A stretch of 55,998 nt of DNA from a bacterium. GTDB lineage: Bacteria; Vulcanimicrobiota; Vulcanimicrobiia; Vulcanimicrobiales; SCRA01. The notes below the pieces were generated by a model. That model was not told where the DNA came from, did not search any database, and worked only from the letters and a program-made list of their open reading frames with translations. Positions 46,583 through 55,749 of the stretch are shown here, piece by piece (the first letter of the stretch is position 1; each line of letters opens with the position of its first letter). Where the stretch lies: assembly GCA_004298665.1 (NCBI GenBank), contig SCQY01000092.1:1-55998 (forward strand), in the 5' to 3' direction. Position numbers and translations under genes: made by a program.

Positions 46583-47097
46583 TGCGGCACCGTGAAACGC
46601 TGCGTCACTCACTGGCGACTCGGGACCTCGCTTATGCGCTCGCGATCGCATGTGGCTGCGACTCAACGCGCGCCCGCGCAATCGCGTGTGCCGCGCTCCT
46701 CCATGATGTCGGCAAAGGGACGCTCCCCGAGTCCTTGCTGGACGCGCCGCGTCGACTGACGCATGACGAGACGCTGCTGCTGCGCACGCATGCCCAGGCG
46801 GGGGCGCGCATTGCGGCGCACGCCGGCATCGACTCGGAGATCTGCCAATGGATCGGGTTGCACCACGAACGCCCGGATGGCTCAGGCTATGAGGGCATCC
46901 GCGGTGACGCCATTCCCACGGAAGCACGAATCGTCATCGTGGCGGATGTCTGGGAAGCCACTGGGGCCCAGCGCCCCTACAGCCCCTATCACACACGGAG
47001 CGAGCGCTGGCGCATTCTCATAGAAACCGGCTGTGCGCGAGAGGTAGCGGCGTTACACACACTGCTTGAGGAGGATGTCCTTGCTCGGGTTGGATGA
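46582..47097 (+). CDS. Stand-alone HD-GYP-domain protein (c-di-GMP phosphodiesterase family)
   Basis: HS, LLHDVGK, HHERPDGSGYEG, ARIVIVAD, RPY; TAGTG coupling. Confidence 0.88.
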   Translation: MRHRETLRHSLATRDLAYALAIACGCDSTRARAIACAALLHDVGKGTLPESLLDAPRRLTHDETLLLRTHAQAGARIAAHAGIDSEICQWIGLHHERPDGSGYEGIRGDAIPTEARIVIVADVWEATGAQRPYSPYHTRSERWRILIETGCAREVAALHTLLEEDVLARVG

Positions 47098-47479
47098 GGC
47101 CCTGGTGGACGGCGAGCGTCTGTCGGTCTACCAGCTTGGCGAGGGCCTCGGGGTCTTGGCATCACCCCCGCTTACGGCGCGCGGCTACCGCTACGGCGAT
47201 TTAGTGCAGACGGCTTACGAGGATGGGCAGCTGGCTGTACGCCGGATCGTGCGGGCAGGCACTGCTCGCAGTTGGCGCTTCTCGCATCGTTTGGATATTC
47301 CAGCGCTCCAAGCTTTGGTGGAGCAATGCAGTTGGATGGGCGCGGTAATGCGCGCGACAGCGCACGAGCTCGTCGTGGCTGTACCGGCGAACGTCTCCGC
47401 TTTCCCCGTCCTCGAGAGGATACGCAATGCCGGGGTGGCTGCGGCTGGGTCGGCGCTCGATATGGAGGTGGTCGCATGA
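47075..47479 (+). CDS. DUF4265-like protein
   Basis: ERLSV...LASPPLTARGYRYGDLV...L....V pattern. Confidence 0.55.
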   Translation: MSLLGLDEALVDGERLSVYQLGEGLGVLASPPLTARGYRYGDLVQTAYEDGQLAVRRIVRAGTARSWRFSHRLDIPALQALVEQCSWMGAVMRATAHELVVAVPANVSAFPVLERIRNAGVAAAGSALDMEVVA

Positions 47480-47895
47480 GCTTTCCCTCAGCACTCCGGA
47501 CGCGCCCCGGGCTCATCGTCTACCGCGGCGGGCTGAGCGAACCGATCGCGCTCTTACCCGTCGCAACCGGGTGGCGCGTTGCCGAGGTGCCACTCGGCAG
47601 CGAAGCTGTCGCCTTCGGCGACTACGCGACAGTCCGCGAGCTATCCGATGGGCGCTTACAGATCATCGGCATCCGGCAAGGTGGGTGGCGCACGCTGCGG
47701 TCACGGACGGTGATCCCACCACGGGAAGAACTCGTCACCGAGCTTGCCGCCCGCGGGTGGCTTGGCCGCTGGAACGAGGACGGTTATCTGGCCGTTGGCG
47801 TACCCATGGAGGTCTGGCCCGAGGCGCGCCGTGTCCTCGACCATTGGGAAGCGAGTGCTCTCGTGGAGCGCTTCGAGCGGGGCATCGCGTCGTGA
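47476..47895 (+). CDS. DUF4265-like protein (paralogue)
   Basis: EPIAL...VAEVPL.SEAVAFGDY...GGWRTLR...YLAVGVP. Confidence 0.55.
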   Translation: MSFPSALRTRPGLIVYRGGLSEPIALLPVATGWRVAEVPLGSEAVAFGDYATVRELSDGRLQIIGIRQGGWRTLRSRTVIPPREELVTELAARGWLGRWNEDGYLAVGVPMEVWPEARRVLDHWEASALVERFERGIAS

Positions 47896-48884
47896 GTCGT
47901 ACCGCATGGCTGCGTCCCATCCTGGATACCCACCCGACGCTGGAGCGGGTGATTGTCAGTGCCGATCCGCTCGTACCGACGCTGTGGATCGCCGATCAGC
48001 ATGGCTGGCAAGTGGTCGCCGAACGCCAGGTCATCGACGCGGTCACGCAGGCGCTAAGCCAGAACCTCTCCGATGACGATCAAGTGGCCTTCACGAGCGC
48101 TGGCGTGGTTACGCACGTCGAGGCGATTGACGGCGTCGGACAGGTCACAATGCGCCATATCCGCGGCCCTGTATCGTCGACGATCGTGACGATCGCGCCG
48201 ATCGCGCTCGAAGGGGATCTCGGCAGGTGGGGTGTCGATCCTGCGCTCGTGCAAGGCCTCTACGCCCGCCAGCGCGGATTGGTTCTCGTCGGCGGCATGA
48301 GCGGGATGGCGTCGCAGCTTTCGCGCGCACTTTTTACCGAGGTCACAGCGCATGCGATCGATGCTCCTGCTGGAGTCATCGGTGCACGCCCCGTTGCGCG
48401 CGCGATCGCCAGAACGCCTTGGCTCTGGATCGCGTGTGACCCGCGCGCCGGCGTGACGCGCATCGAGGACGCGGCCGAGAGCCTAGCTGAACTAGCGCAG
48501 ATCGTCTTACTGGACGTCGGCGGAGGCCCTGGCACCGTGGAGGGAGCGATTCGCCTCGTCGACGGCGGGGCACTCGTGATAGCTCAGGTTCCCGGAGATG
48601 GGGTGCAGGCGATACTCGAGCGCTGGGAAGCCGCAGTCCCCAGCGCCGAGCGCGCAACGTGGACCGCGACAGTCGGCGCGCTCCGTGCGATCATCGCGAC
48701 CGAACAGATCACCGGCCGATTCGGCCCAGAGACAATCGCCGAGTGGCTCCCCATCGACGCGACCGCCCGAACGACCTTAGCCCGAGAGGGCCCGAGCGGC
48801 AGCGCAGCGCTGCTATCCCTTCCCGGTGCGCGTTCACGTGAAGCCGCGATCACGGCGCTTCGCGTCAAAGGGCGCGTGGCGTGA
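47892..48884 (+). CDS. Degenerate PilT-like protein (Walker A lost)
   Basis: RQRGLVLVGGMSGMAS in place of GxxGSGKS/T; LVDGGALVIA, ILER, ALRAIIA resemble the PilT C-domain. Confidence 0.6.
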   Translation: MSRTAWLRPILDTHPTLERVIVSADPLVPTLWIADQHGWQVVAERQVIDAVTQALSQNLSDDDQVAFTSAGVVTHVEAIDGVGQVTMRHIRGPVSSTIVTIAPIALEGDLGRWGVDPALVQGLYARQRGLVLVGGMSGMASQLSRALFTEVTAHAIDAPAGVIGARPVARAIARTPWLWIACDPRAGVTRIEDAAESLAELAQIVLLDVGGGPGTVEGAIRLVDGGALVIAQVPGDGVQAILERWEAAVPSAERATWTATVGALRAIIATEQITGRFGPETIAEWLPIDATARTTLAREGPSGSAALLSLPGARSREAAITALRVKGRVA

Positions 48885-49711
48885 TCGATTGGGAACGGGC
48901 CTACCAGAGGCTGGCCGAGGTCCCATTCCAGCCACGAGCCGTCGCGCACGCGTTCGCACTGGCGACCGGCGCCCGGCGCGTCGTCTACTTCCCACCCGCC
49001 GCGGCGGGCCTCGCTCCAGAGGGCATCGACGCAGTCGGAGCACGGATCCGCCGCTACATTCCATCAGCCTTCGAATTCAGTGAGCGCTGCATCGGGAATG
49101 GTCGTGACGGCCTCTGCCCTGTCGCCGATCGCGACCCGGGGCTCTGGTTCACTGTTCGGCTCGCCAAGCGCGCCGGCGGCGTCGCGGTCCTCCAGGCACC
49201 GCATCCACCCGATGAGGCATTCTCTACGTTCTGCCTCGTGGCGCTCGCTCGGATCATCGCGGACGCCGAGGTGACGGCGGCGCGAGAGCACGCGGCGCGC
49301 GATCCCCTTACCGGGCTACTACGGCGCGAGGCACTCGAAGCGCAGGTGGCACGAATGGAGCGCTACATTGTCATCGCCATCGACTGCAATGGCCTCAAGG
49401 CGATCAACGATACCCAGGGGCATGCCGCCGGCGACCGGTACCTTCAGGCGGCCGCGGCCGCGCTTCAACACGCCGTCCGCACCGGCGACCCCGTCGCAAG
49501 GTTCGGGGGAGATGAGTTTGTCGTCGTGGGTCCATCGCTCGACGTGGTAGGGCGCGTCCGTTCTTGCCTCGCCGCGGCGTCGGTTTCCGCCTCGCTCGGC
49601 GCGGCGGTGGCTCCCGACGACGGCATGGATTTTGCGAGCGTGCTCGCGCGCGCCGACGCGCGGATGTACGAGGAAAAACGCGCCTACCATGAGATGCGTG
49701 GCGCGCGATGA
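48881..49711 (+). CDS. Diguanylate cyclase (GGDEF)
   Basis: DPLTGL, IDCNGLKAINDTQGHAAGD, RTGD I-site, RFGGDEF, ADARMYEEK. Confidence 0.93.
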   Translation: MIDWERAYQRLAEVPFQPRAVAHAFALATGARRVVYFPPAAAGLAPEGIDAVGARIRRYIPSAFEFSERCIGNGRDGLCPVADRDPGLWFTVRLAKRAGGVAVLQAPHPPDEAFSTFCLVALARIIADAEVTAAREHAARDPLTGLLRREALEAQVARMERYIVIAIDCNGLKAINDTQGHAAGDRYLQAAAAALQHAVRTGDPVARFGGDEFVVVGPSLDVVGRVRSCLAAASVSASLGAAVAPDDGMDFASVLARADARMYEEKRAYHEMRGAR

Positions 49712-49724
49712 CGTTGGCGAAACT

Positions 49725-49781
49725 GGTGGAGTATTGGCTCCACTACTTACGGTGGAGTTTTGATATATCTCCACTACTTAC
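49725..49781. repeat. Two tandem imperfect repeats, each an inverted repeat
   Basis: GGTGGAGT-attgg-CTCCACTACTTAC / GGTGGAGT-tttgatatat-CTCCACTACTTAC. Confidence 0.85.
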
Positions 49782-49832
49782 CGCAGGGGAGGTGCTCCCG
49801 GGAAAGGAAGCACCAACGCACAGGAGGAGTGC

Positions 49833-50681
49833 ATGAACGCCGTGATGCTCGAGCCGCTCTTCGGACAGAAGCTGACAGTCGACGGTCACGACTACGCCTT
49901 CGATTGGGATGGGGTGAGCGTCGACGGCGCGCCGGCGCGCAGTTACCTCACAATGGATACCCGGGAAGCGGTCTCGCTTATGGAGCGGGCAATGCGTGAG
50001 GCGCTGCCTGCTGAGGCGGAGCGGGCGGTAGCGCTCGCGGCGTCTGGGCTTGGATTGTCTCCATTCGACCACGTGCCCACCCGAGAGCTCGCGCCGGTAA
50101 TAGGCGAGACCGGGCCAATCGACCGTGCGCGTGCGCAGAGCGTTCGCGAAGCCCGCGAGATCTTCGAAGCGGCCGTCGACGCCCTCAGCCACGAGCTCGA
50201 GGCAGCCGAGGCACATGGCACGACGCTCTTGGTGCGCTCGGAACTCCCGCCCGATGCCCTCTCGCGCATTGCCGGCACTCGTGTCGCCGCGGCGATTGGC
50301 GCTCGTGGGGAGCGCTGGACGGTGGTGACGCCGCAGCCGCACGAGGGCGATGCCGTAACGCTTGCCAGGCACGTTGAAGACCAGGCGCGGGCCGGCCACC
50401 TTCAGTCCCTGGTCATCGCGCCGGCGCCCTCGCTCCCGCTTGTCGACGTTGGTACCGTTTCGCTCGGCGCCGCGCTTGCCTATGCCACGTTCCTCGCGCC
50501 GGAGATGATGCTCGAGCGCGTTTCCCGCGAGCCAGAACTCCTGGAAGCGTTGCACGGCACGATTACTGTGCCAAGCGCGCTTGCTATCGAGGGCGCCGAG
50601 CGTACGATCGGATCGCACGAGCAGCGCCAGCGTACGGAGGACCGATCGCGCGGCATGGAACCCCCAACGCGTGATCGCTGA
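49833..50681 (+). CDS. Hypothetical protein
   Basis: AGGAGGAG RBS, 282 aa. Confidence 0.65.
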   Translation: MNAVMLEPLFGQKLTVDGHDYAFDWDGVSVDGAPARSYLTMDTREAVSLMERAMREALPAEAERAVALAASGLGLSPFDHVPTRELAPVIGETGPIDRARAQSVREAREIFEAAVDALSHELEAAEAHGTTLLVRSELPPDALSRIAGTRVAAAIGARGERWTVVTPQPHEGDAVTLARHVEDQARAGHLQSLVIAPAPSLPLVDVGTVSLGAALAYATFLAPEMMLERVSREPELLEALHGTITVPSALAIEGAERTIGSHEQRQRTEDRSRGMEPPTRDR

Positions 50682-50871
50682 GCTGGTTGCGAATCCGCTG
50701 CTATGGCTCGTGGCCATCGGTTACGGCCTCGTGCGGATCGAGGAGTGGCGTTTCCATCGGGCGCAGACGCTCCTTCGCCAACTGGAGGCGCGACGCCGCA
50801 TGACGTGGGAGAGTTGGGGGCTGATCGCGATTACGGCGCTCTTGGTCGCGTCATTGCACGCAGTTGGCTGA
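50671..50871 (+). CDS. Small membrane protein
   Basis: GTG start overlapping the previous ORF; two hydrophobic segments. Confidence 0.4.
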   Translation: MIAELVANPLLWLVAIGYGLVRIEEWRFHRAQTLLRQLEARRRMTWESWGLIAITALLVASLHAVG

Positions 50872-50981
50872 GCGGCGGTGGTGCGCTTGCGTAGACGACA
50901 GCGACGTAACGGTGCCGATTCCCGAGGCCGAATACCCTAATATAAGCGCACAGTGAAGGCGGAGCCGAGGACGAACGGCAT

Positions 50982-52010
50982 ATGAGCGCATCTCAATCGA
51001 AGACATTCTTTCTTCTTGCAAAACTCGTCATGGTGACGTTCGCGCTGTGCGCACTCCCAGCGATCGTGTGGCGCTGGACCACGATAATGCATGTAACTCA
51101 GCCTCTGCGAACGATCGCGGCAGCGGTCTTTATCGTCGCCACCGTATATGATGTGCATCTCCTGTTCGATATTCTCCGCTTGCGGCCCGAGGACTTACGT
51201 CTTGAGCGCATCGGACTGCGACAGGTGCCAAGCCTCGCCTTCGCGTTCGTAATTGCGCTCATGGTCGATGCGCCGGCGATCGCGCACGCCGCCCGCAACG
51301 TGGCGATCACACGAATTGCAACACAGGAGGCGTATAGACTCACGCCTGGCCAGCGGCAGTTCGAATACGAGCGGCACTCGGAACAACTTCACTTTCTAAG
51401 TGATCCTGTGGTAAGCCTAATCAGCAATCCATACGAGGACGTAGATCCTACGCGCGAGGCCTTTCTCAACCGCTATGCCAACGGGACGCCGGTAACGTTG
51501 CACCTGACGCGTGACAGATGCACTGCATTTGAGCGAAGCGCCGCCAGCGTGTCGCTCTCCTCGTATCCGCTGATCGACGAGTCGACCCGGCGTATCGCCG
51601 GATTTTGTGCAGCGCTCAATGGGCGGGTAGCTCAAGCCGCGAAAGACTACGAATCATTCGAAGCATCTGTCTACCTCCAAACGCCCGAGGATCCACCCCT
51701 TGCCTTCGGCGCTGTATTTGCGGCCGAGGAGGATACGAAGAGCACCGCGCTACTGAGCTACCTCCAACAGTCTTTGATAAATGATACGGCTGCGCGGGCG
51801 AATATACGTCGCCGCTGCTTGAAAGAGTACCACGCGCCAATTACCATGTTCGCGTGGGGCGGGCGATGGACGCCGCGATCAATCACCGAGGCACACGCTT
51901 GGCGCCGCCACTGGGCCGCAATGTTCGGTCCAGTATGCCTGGCGTTGCATGCGGTGGACCGTTATACGGTTACGATCCCAGCCTTACCAGCGACACACAC
52001 GGCGCTCTAG
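50982..52010 (+). CDS. Hypothetical membrane protein
   Basis: Three N-terminal TM segments; GAGG RBS. Confidence 0.6.
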   Translation: MSASQSKTFFLLAKLVMVTFALCALPAIVWRWTTIMHVTQPLRTIAAAVFIVATVYDVHLLFDILRLRPEDLRLERIGLRQVPSLAFAFVIALMVDAPAIAHAARNVAITRIATQEAYRLTPGQRQFEYERHSEQLHFLSDPVVSLISNPYEDVDPTREAFLNRYANGTPVTLHLTRDRCTAFERSAASVSLSSYPLIDESTRRIAGFCAALNGRVAQAAKDYESFEASVYLQTPEDPPLAFGAVFAAEEDTKSTALLSYLQQSLINDTAARANIRRRCLKEYHAPITMFAWGGRWTPRSITEAHAWRRHWAAMFGPVCLALHAVDRYTVTIPALPATHTAL

Positions 52011-53050
52011 AGCTGCAAGTAGCGCCCCGGGTGGTTCGCCCAAGCGCGTCCCTCCTCGAAGATCCGCACGACATGCTTCGGCTCCTTGTGGCCAGTTTGG
52101 GAAAGCGCCTGCGCAAGGGTTCCGCCGGCGCGTCCGATCTGGAAGATGAGACCAGAGCGGAAAGCATGCGGAGTGAACTTGCGAGGGTCGAATCCAGCTG
52201 CACGCACGCAATCGCTGACGATCCGCGCGAACTGCGCGACCGAGATTGGCTCGGTGCCGACGTACCCCGAATTGGTGACTGCGGGAAAGACGTAGGCATC
52301 CTCGATGCCGGCGGCGGCGAGGTACTTGGCAAGTGCCGCGATCGGGTCGGTAAGCTCGCGCTCGCCGCGCAGGATCACGACGTTGCGCGCGCGCTTGATG
52401 AACTCGCTGCGGTTGACGGTGGCGCGGAGGCCCTCAGGCACGAGTTCGATGCTGCGCACATGGAGGCGCCGCGCCTCCTCGCGGCTCATCGCCCCCGAGT
52501 AGAGGAGAAGCACCAGCGCCCGGTCGCGTAGCGCCCGGAGCTGCGCGCCTGGGGTGGTCGCGGATCTGCGGTCGATTGCCTCAACGATCATCCGCACGAT
52601 ATCGGTGTCGACCGGGATCTTCGGCTGCGGCGCTCGAGCTGCGGTTACACCCTCAGCCTCGTCCTGTGCGTGCTCCACCGCGCGAGCGATAGCCGCCATG
52701 GTCTTTGCGACCGCGGGATGGCGACGCGGGTCCGGCTGCTCGGCGCGGGCGAAGGCATCGGCAATCCCTGCCAGCCGCCGGCGGATCGTGGAGTAGGCGT
52801 GGGTTGCCGGCAGCACGGCGATCAAGCGGGGCTTGCCGTCGGGAGGCTGGGGCGGGGTAGTGGCGAGATGCGTAAGGTAGCGCGCAACGCTCTGGGGCGC
52901 GAGCGGCTCGCACGCCTGTAGGGCGCACCATGCCCGGTAGCGCCGCTCATCGGCCCGGTAGGCCTCTTCGGTATGGCCGCTGCGCGGGCTGGGGAGCGGC
53001 CGCGCGGGCCGGCGCGGCGGGGTGAAGTCGAAGGTAAGCTCAGTGGACAT
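52007..53050 (-). CDS. Cre-like tyrosine recombinase homologue, probably catalytically inactive
   Basis: STIRRRLAGI, RDRALVLL, DPIAAL..YL, HAFRSG, QTGH; catalytic R, K and Y positions substituted; start 53050 or 53116. Confidence 0.85.
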   Translation of the reverse strand: MSTELTFDFTPPRRPARPLPSPRSGHTEEAYRADERRYRAWCALQACEPLAPQSVARYLTHLATTPPQPPDGKPRLIAVLPATHAYSTIRRRLAGIADAFARAEQPDPRRHPAVAKTMAAIARAVEHAQDEAEGVTAARAPQPKIPVDTDIVRMIVEAIDRRSATTPGAQLRALRDRALVLLLYSGAMSREEARRLHVRSIELVPEGLRATVNRSEFIKRARNVVILRGERELTDPIAALAKYLAAAGIEDAYVFPAVTNSGYVGTEPISVAQFARIVSDCVRAAGFDPRKFTPHAFRSGLIFQIGRAGGTLAQALSQTGHKEPKHVVRIFEEGRAWANHPGRYLQL

Positions 53051-53106
53051 CCTGCCATTAGGGTAGCACGAACAGGCGTTCGCGTCACCACTAGGGAGAA
53101 GGGAGT

Positions 53107-53295
53107 CATAACGCACCCGCGTTCACCCCCCCACCCCCCCGATCCGGCGTTCCTACGCTCGTCGCACCTACCCTATCCGCGCTGACTTGCCCCGGCGAGC
53201 TCCTGCGCGCGCGCACCCGCATAGGCATAAGCGTAGTGCAGCTGCGGAAGCAAGAACGGTGGACAAGGGTTGGGGGGAAACGCTCCCGCGTTATG
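53107..53295. promoter_or_regulatory. Two AACGC-N4-GCGTT palindromes between the divergent recombinase and SRAP genes
   Basis: AACGCACCCGCGTT 53110-53123; AACGCTCCCGCGTT 53279-53292. Confidence 0.55.
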
Positions 53296-53353
53296 TCTCT
53301 GTTGACGCGCGAGGCGCACGGGACTGGCCCGTGGCCGTCGAATTCCTCTGCCC

Positions 53354-54034
53354 ATGTGCGGACGGTTCGGCCTCTACGATATCGACCCCGACACATGGTG
53401 GCGGCAGTTCCATGCCCGTTTCAAGGGTGAGTGGCAGCCGCGGTACAACATCGCGCCAACGCAGCAGATACTTGCGATCCGCAACGACGACCGCGACACC
53501 ATCTCTCCCATCCATTGGGGCTTCGTGCCGGCGTGGTCCAACGATCCAACCAAGGTTGGCTTCTCGAACATCAATGCCAAGGTGGAGCGCGTCGCGACGA
53601 GCCCGGTCTATCGCGGTGCGTTCAAGCGCCGGCGCTGCCTCATCTTGGCTAACTGCTTCTACGAGTGGCGCAAGGGCGGCGGCGGCGCGAAGACGCCCTA
53701 TCTCGTTCGTATGCGGTCCGGCGAGCCGTTCGCGTTCGCCGGCCTGTGGGAGCGCCGAGACCGGGACGGAGAAGCGCCGCTGCACACCTGCGTGATCCTC
53801 ACCTGCGGACCGAATGACCTGATGGCACCGATCCACAACCGGATGCCGGTCATCCTATCGTCGGCCGCCTACGACGCGTGGCTCGAGCCCGGCGAAGTGC
53901 AACCTGCGGATCTCATGCCGACGCTCCAACCGTATCCGAGCGAGGAAATGGATGCGTTTGCGATTTCGACGAGGGTAAACAGCGTCAGGAACGATGACCG
54001 GAGTATCGTCGAGCCGCTTGGCGCATCGGCGTGA
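53354..54034 (+). CDS. SOS response-associated peptidase (SRAP/HMCES/YedK)
   Basis: MCGRF, PRYNIAPTQ, WGFVP.W, INAK.E, RRCLI.A..FYEW, FAGLWE, IHNRMPVIL. Confidence 0.97.
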   Translation: MCGRFGLYDIDPDTWWRQFHARFKGEWQPRYNIAPTQQILAIRNDDRDTISPIHWGFVPAWSNDPTKVGFSNINAKVERVATSPVYRGAFKRRRCLILANCFYEWRKGGGGAKTPYLVRMRSGEPFAFAGLWERRDRDGEAPLHTCVILTCGPNDLMAPIHNRMPVILSSAAYDAWLEPGEVQPADLMPTLQPYPSEEMDAFAISTRVNSVRNDDRSIVEPLGASA

Positions 54035-54070
54035 TCATGGGTGAGAGATGGGTGGGTCTGCGCGAAGGGC

Positions 54071-55060
54071 CTACATCCCTCGATCTGGCAGGAGCTCCAC
54101 GATCTCTGAGAACTCCTTCCGCGCTCCTCTGAGCAGCCCGTTGACTCTCCGCGCATCCGGTTCTCGACCTGCACTCAGCAGCCGCCGCGCTTCGTCATCA
54201 GGCAGCAGGAAGGCCCAGATTGGTGCCCGCCAGATATGCCGTTGCCTTGGTAGGTAGATCGCCAGTTCGCGGATACCGAGGGTGTCGCTGTAGTCCAGCA
54301 GCGCGTAGCCAAGCAGCTGGTAGAGCGTGTTACGCAGGTCCATCGGCCGCGCGCTGGCGAGCGTCTTGAGTTCCCACAACGTGCTTCCGAGCATGAAGTC
54401 GGCGTCGGCGCCACCGATCGCATAGCTGCCATCGAAGGTTGGGTTGAGGGTGGCGGCGAGATCGAAATAGTGGCGAACGTCCTCCTCGAACGCCCAGGAT
54501 AGCTGGCGCACATCCGCGATGCACTCTTCTGGCACGAGTGCGGTGAGGTCATCCACCGATGCCTTCGTTCCAAGCGTATAGAGAGGGGAACCGATGAAAG
54601 GGCCAGCGCGGAAGATCTGCTCGTAGTACGTGAGTACGATGCAGTGACGCGCGAGCCGGTCTTCGTCCGCCTGGGCGAGACGTCTCCGCACGGGTGCGAT
54701 TCGCTTGAGCAGACGATCGTGCAGCGCGAAAAATGAGCCTGCTAAGCGAGCGGCGCTCGTGCCGAGAGGCTCTTGCGCAAGCAGCTGCGCGCCCTCGGCC
54801 GCGATCGTGGAGGCGGCGGCGTACATGCCGAGATAGTAGCGCACCCGGTAGTCGAGTGCCGTCCCGACGACACCCCGAATCGGCGAGGCCACCAGCGGCT
54901 TGATACAAGCCTCCTTGGGAACGACCCCTAGGCCCAGGGCCTCCTGACGCTCCGCCGCAAAGGGGATGCCTCGCTTCGTGCCCTCGATGATCGGGCACCG
55001 TGACAGCAGATACCTACGGACGGGGCTCTCCCGATCATCGAGCTCGTGCGTTAGCGCCAT
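54071..55060 (-). CDS. Hypothetical protein with a PD-(D/E)XK nuclease-like C-terminus
   Basis: GTALDYR, LNPTF, GGADAD...WELKT, YQLLGYALLD. Confidence 0.6.
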   Translation of the reverse strand: MALTHELDDRESPVRRYLLSRCPIIEGTKRGIPFAAERQEALGLGVVPKEACIKPLVASPIRGVVGTALDYRVRYYLGMYAAASTIAAEGAQLLAQEPLGTSAARLAGSFFALHDRLLKRIAPVRRRLAQADEDRLARHCIVLTYYEQIFRAGPFIGSPLYTLGTKASVDDLTALVPEECIADVRQLSWAFEEDVRHYFDLAATLNPTFDGSYAIGGADADFMLGSTLWELKTLASARPMDLRNTLYQLLGYALLDYSDTLGIRELAIYLPRQRHIWRAPIWAFLLPDDEARRLLSAGREPDARRVNGLLRGARKEFSEIVELLPDRGM

Positions 55061-55072
55061 GCGACTTCACTC

Positions 55073-55606
55073 TCAAACATCGCTGTTGGCTCGCTCGGCG
55101 ATCCGCGACCATGCCGCGTAAGCATCGATGCCGGCCACAAGCTGCTGGGTGTAGAGCGGAGCCGTAGCCTGGAGTCGAATCCCATGCGGCCCCTGCGCCG
55201 CCGCGGCGCGAATCGTCGCTTGGACCGCCGGCGGGAAGGTTGCCAAGCGCTCCAGGGCGGCCTCGCGGCGGACCTTCCACGGCACGTCATCGCCGGCCCG
55301 CGTGAGCCGCGCGAGGAGTGCCCGGCGCAACGCGGAGTCCGCCTCCGCGAGGGCCAGGACCTGCTGGACGCGGGTACGGGTGAGCGGATCGCGCTGACTC
55401 GAGAGGCGCTCCTGGCGGCGGCGCGCTTGGCGCAAGCAGCGATCGCAGGTCACGTGCCGCGGCGCGGGGCGCGATTGCGGATCGCAGCACTCGACACAGA
55501 GGCCCTGCTCCCGGGCGCGCGCACGTTGCGCGCGCTTGCGCTCCGCCGGCGTCGCAGCGCGCCGCGGGGCCTCGTTCAGATCATCACTTGGGGCAGCGTC
55601 GACCAT
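55073..55606 (-). CDS. Hypothetical protein with a zinc finger
   Basis: AERKRAQRAR, GLCVECC...CDRC. Confidence 0.5.
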   Translation of the reverse strand: MVDAAPSDDLNEAPRRAATPAERKRAQRARAREQGLCVECCDPQSRPAPRHVTCDRCLRQARRRQERLSSQRDPLTRTRVQQVLALAEADSALRRALLARLTRAGDDVPWKVRREAALERLATFPPAVQATIRAAAAQGPHGIRLQATAPLYTQQLVAGIDAYAAWSRIAERANSDV

Positions 55607-55749
55607 CCGTGACAGTATAGCATGAAATACGGTCACGACGGGGCCCCTTCTGCCGCCCCGGATTACCCCTGAGAAGGGAACATTCTCGGGAGGAAACGTA
55701 CGTTCGCTCTGGAAGAAGAGCCACCGCTCACCCGCCGGAGGAGGACGCC

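Noticed and set aside
49725-49781. Possible mini-CRISPR array
   Set aside because: Only two units, no spacer-length unique sequence and no cas genes
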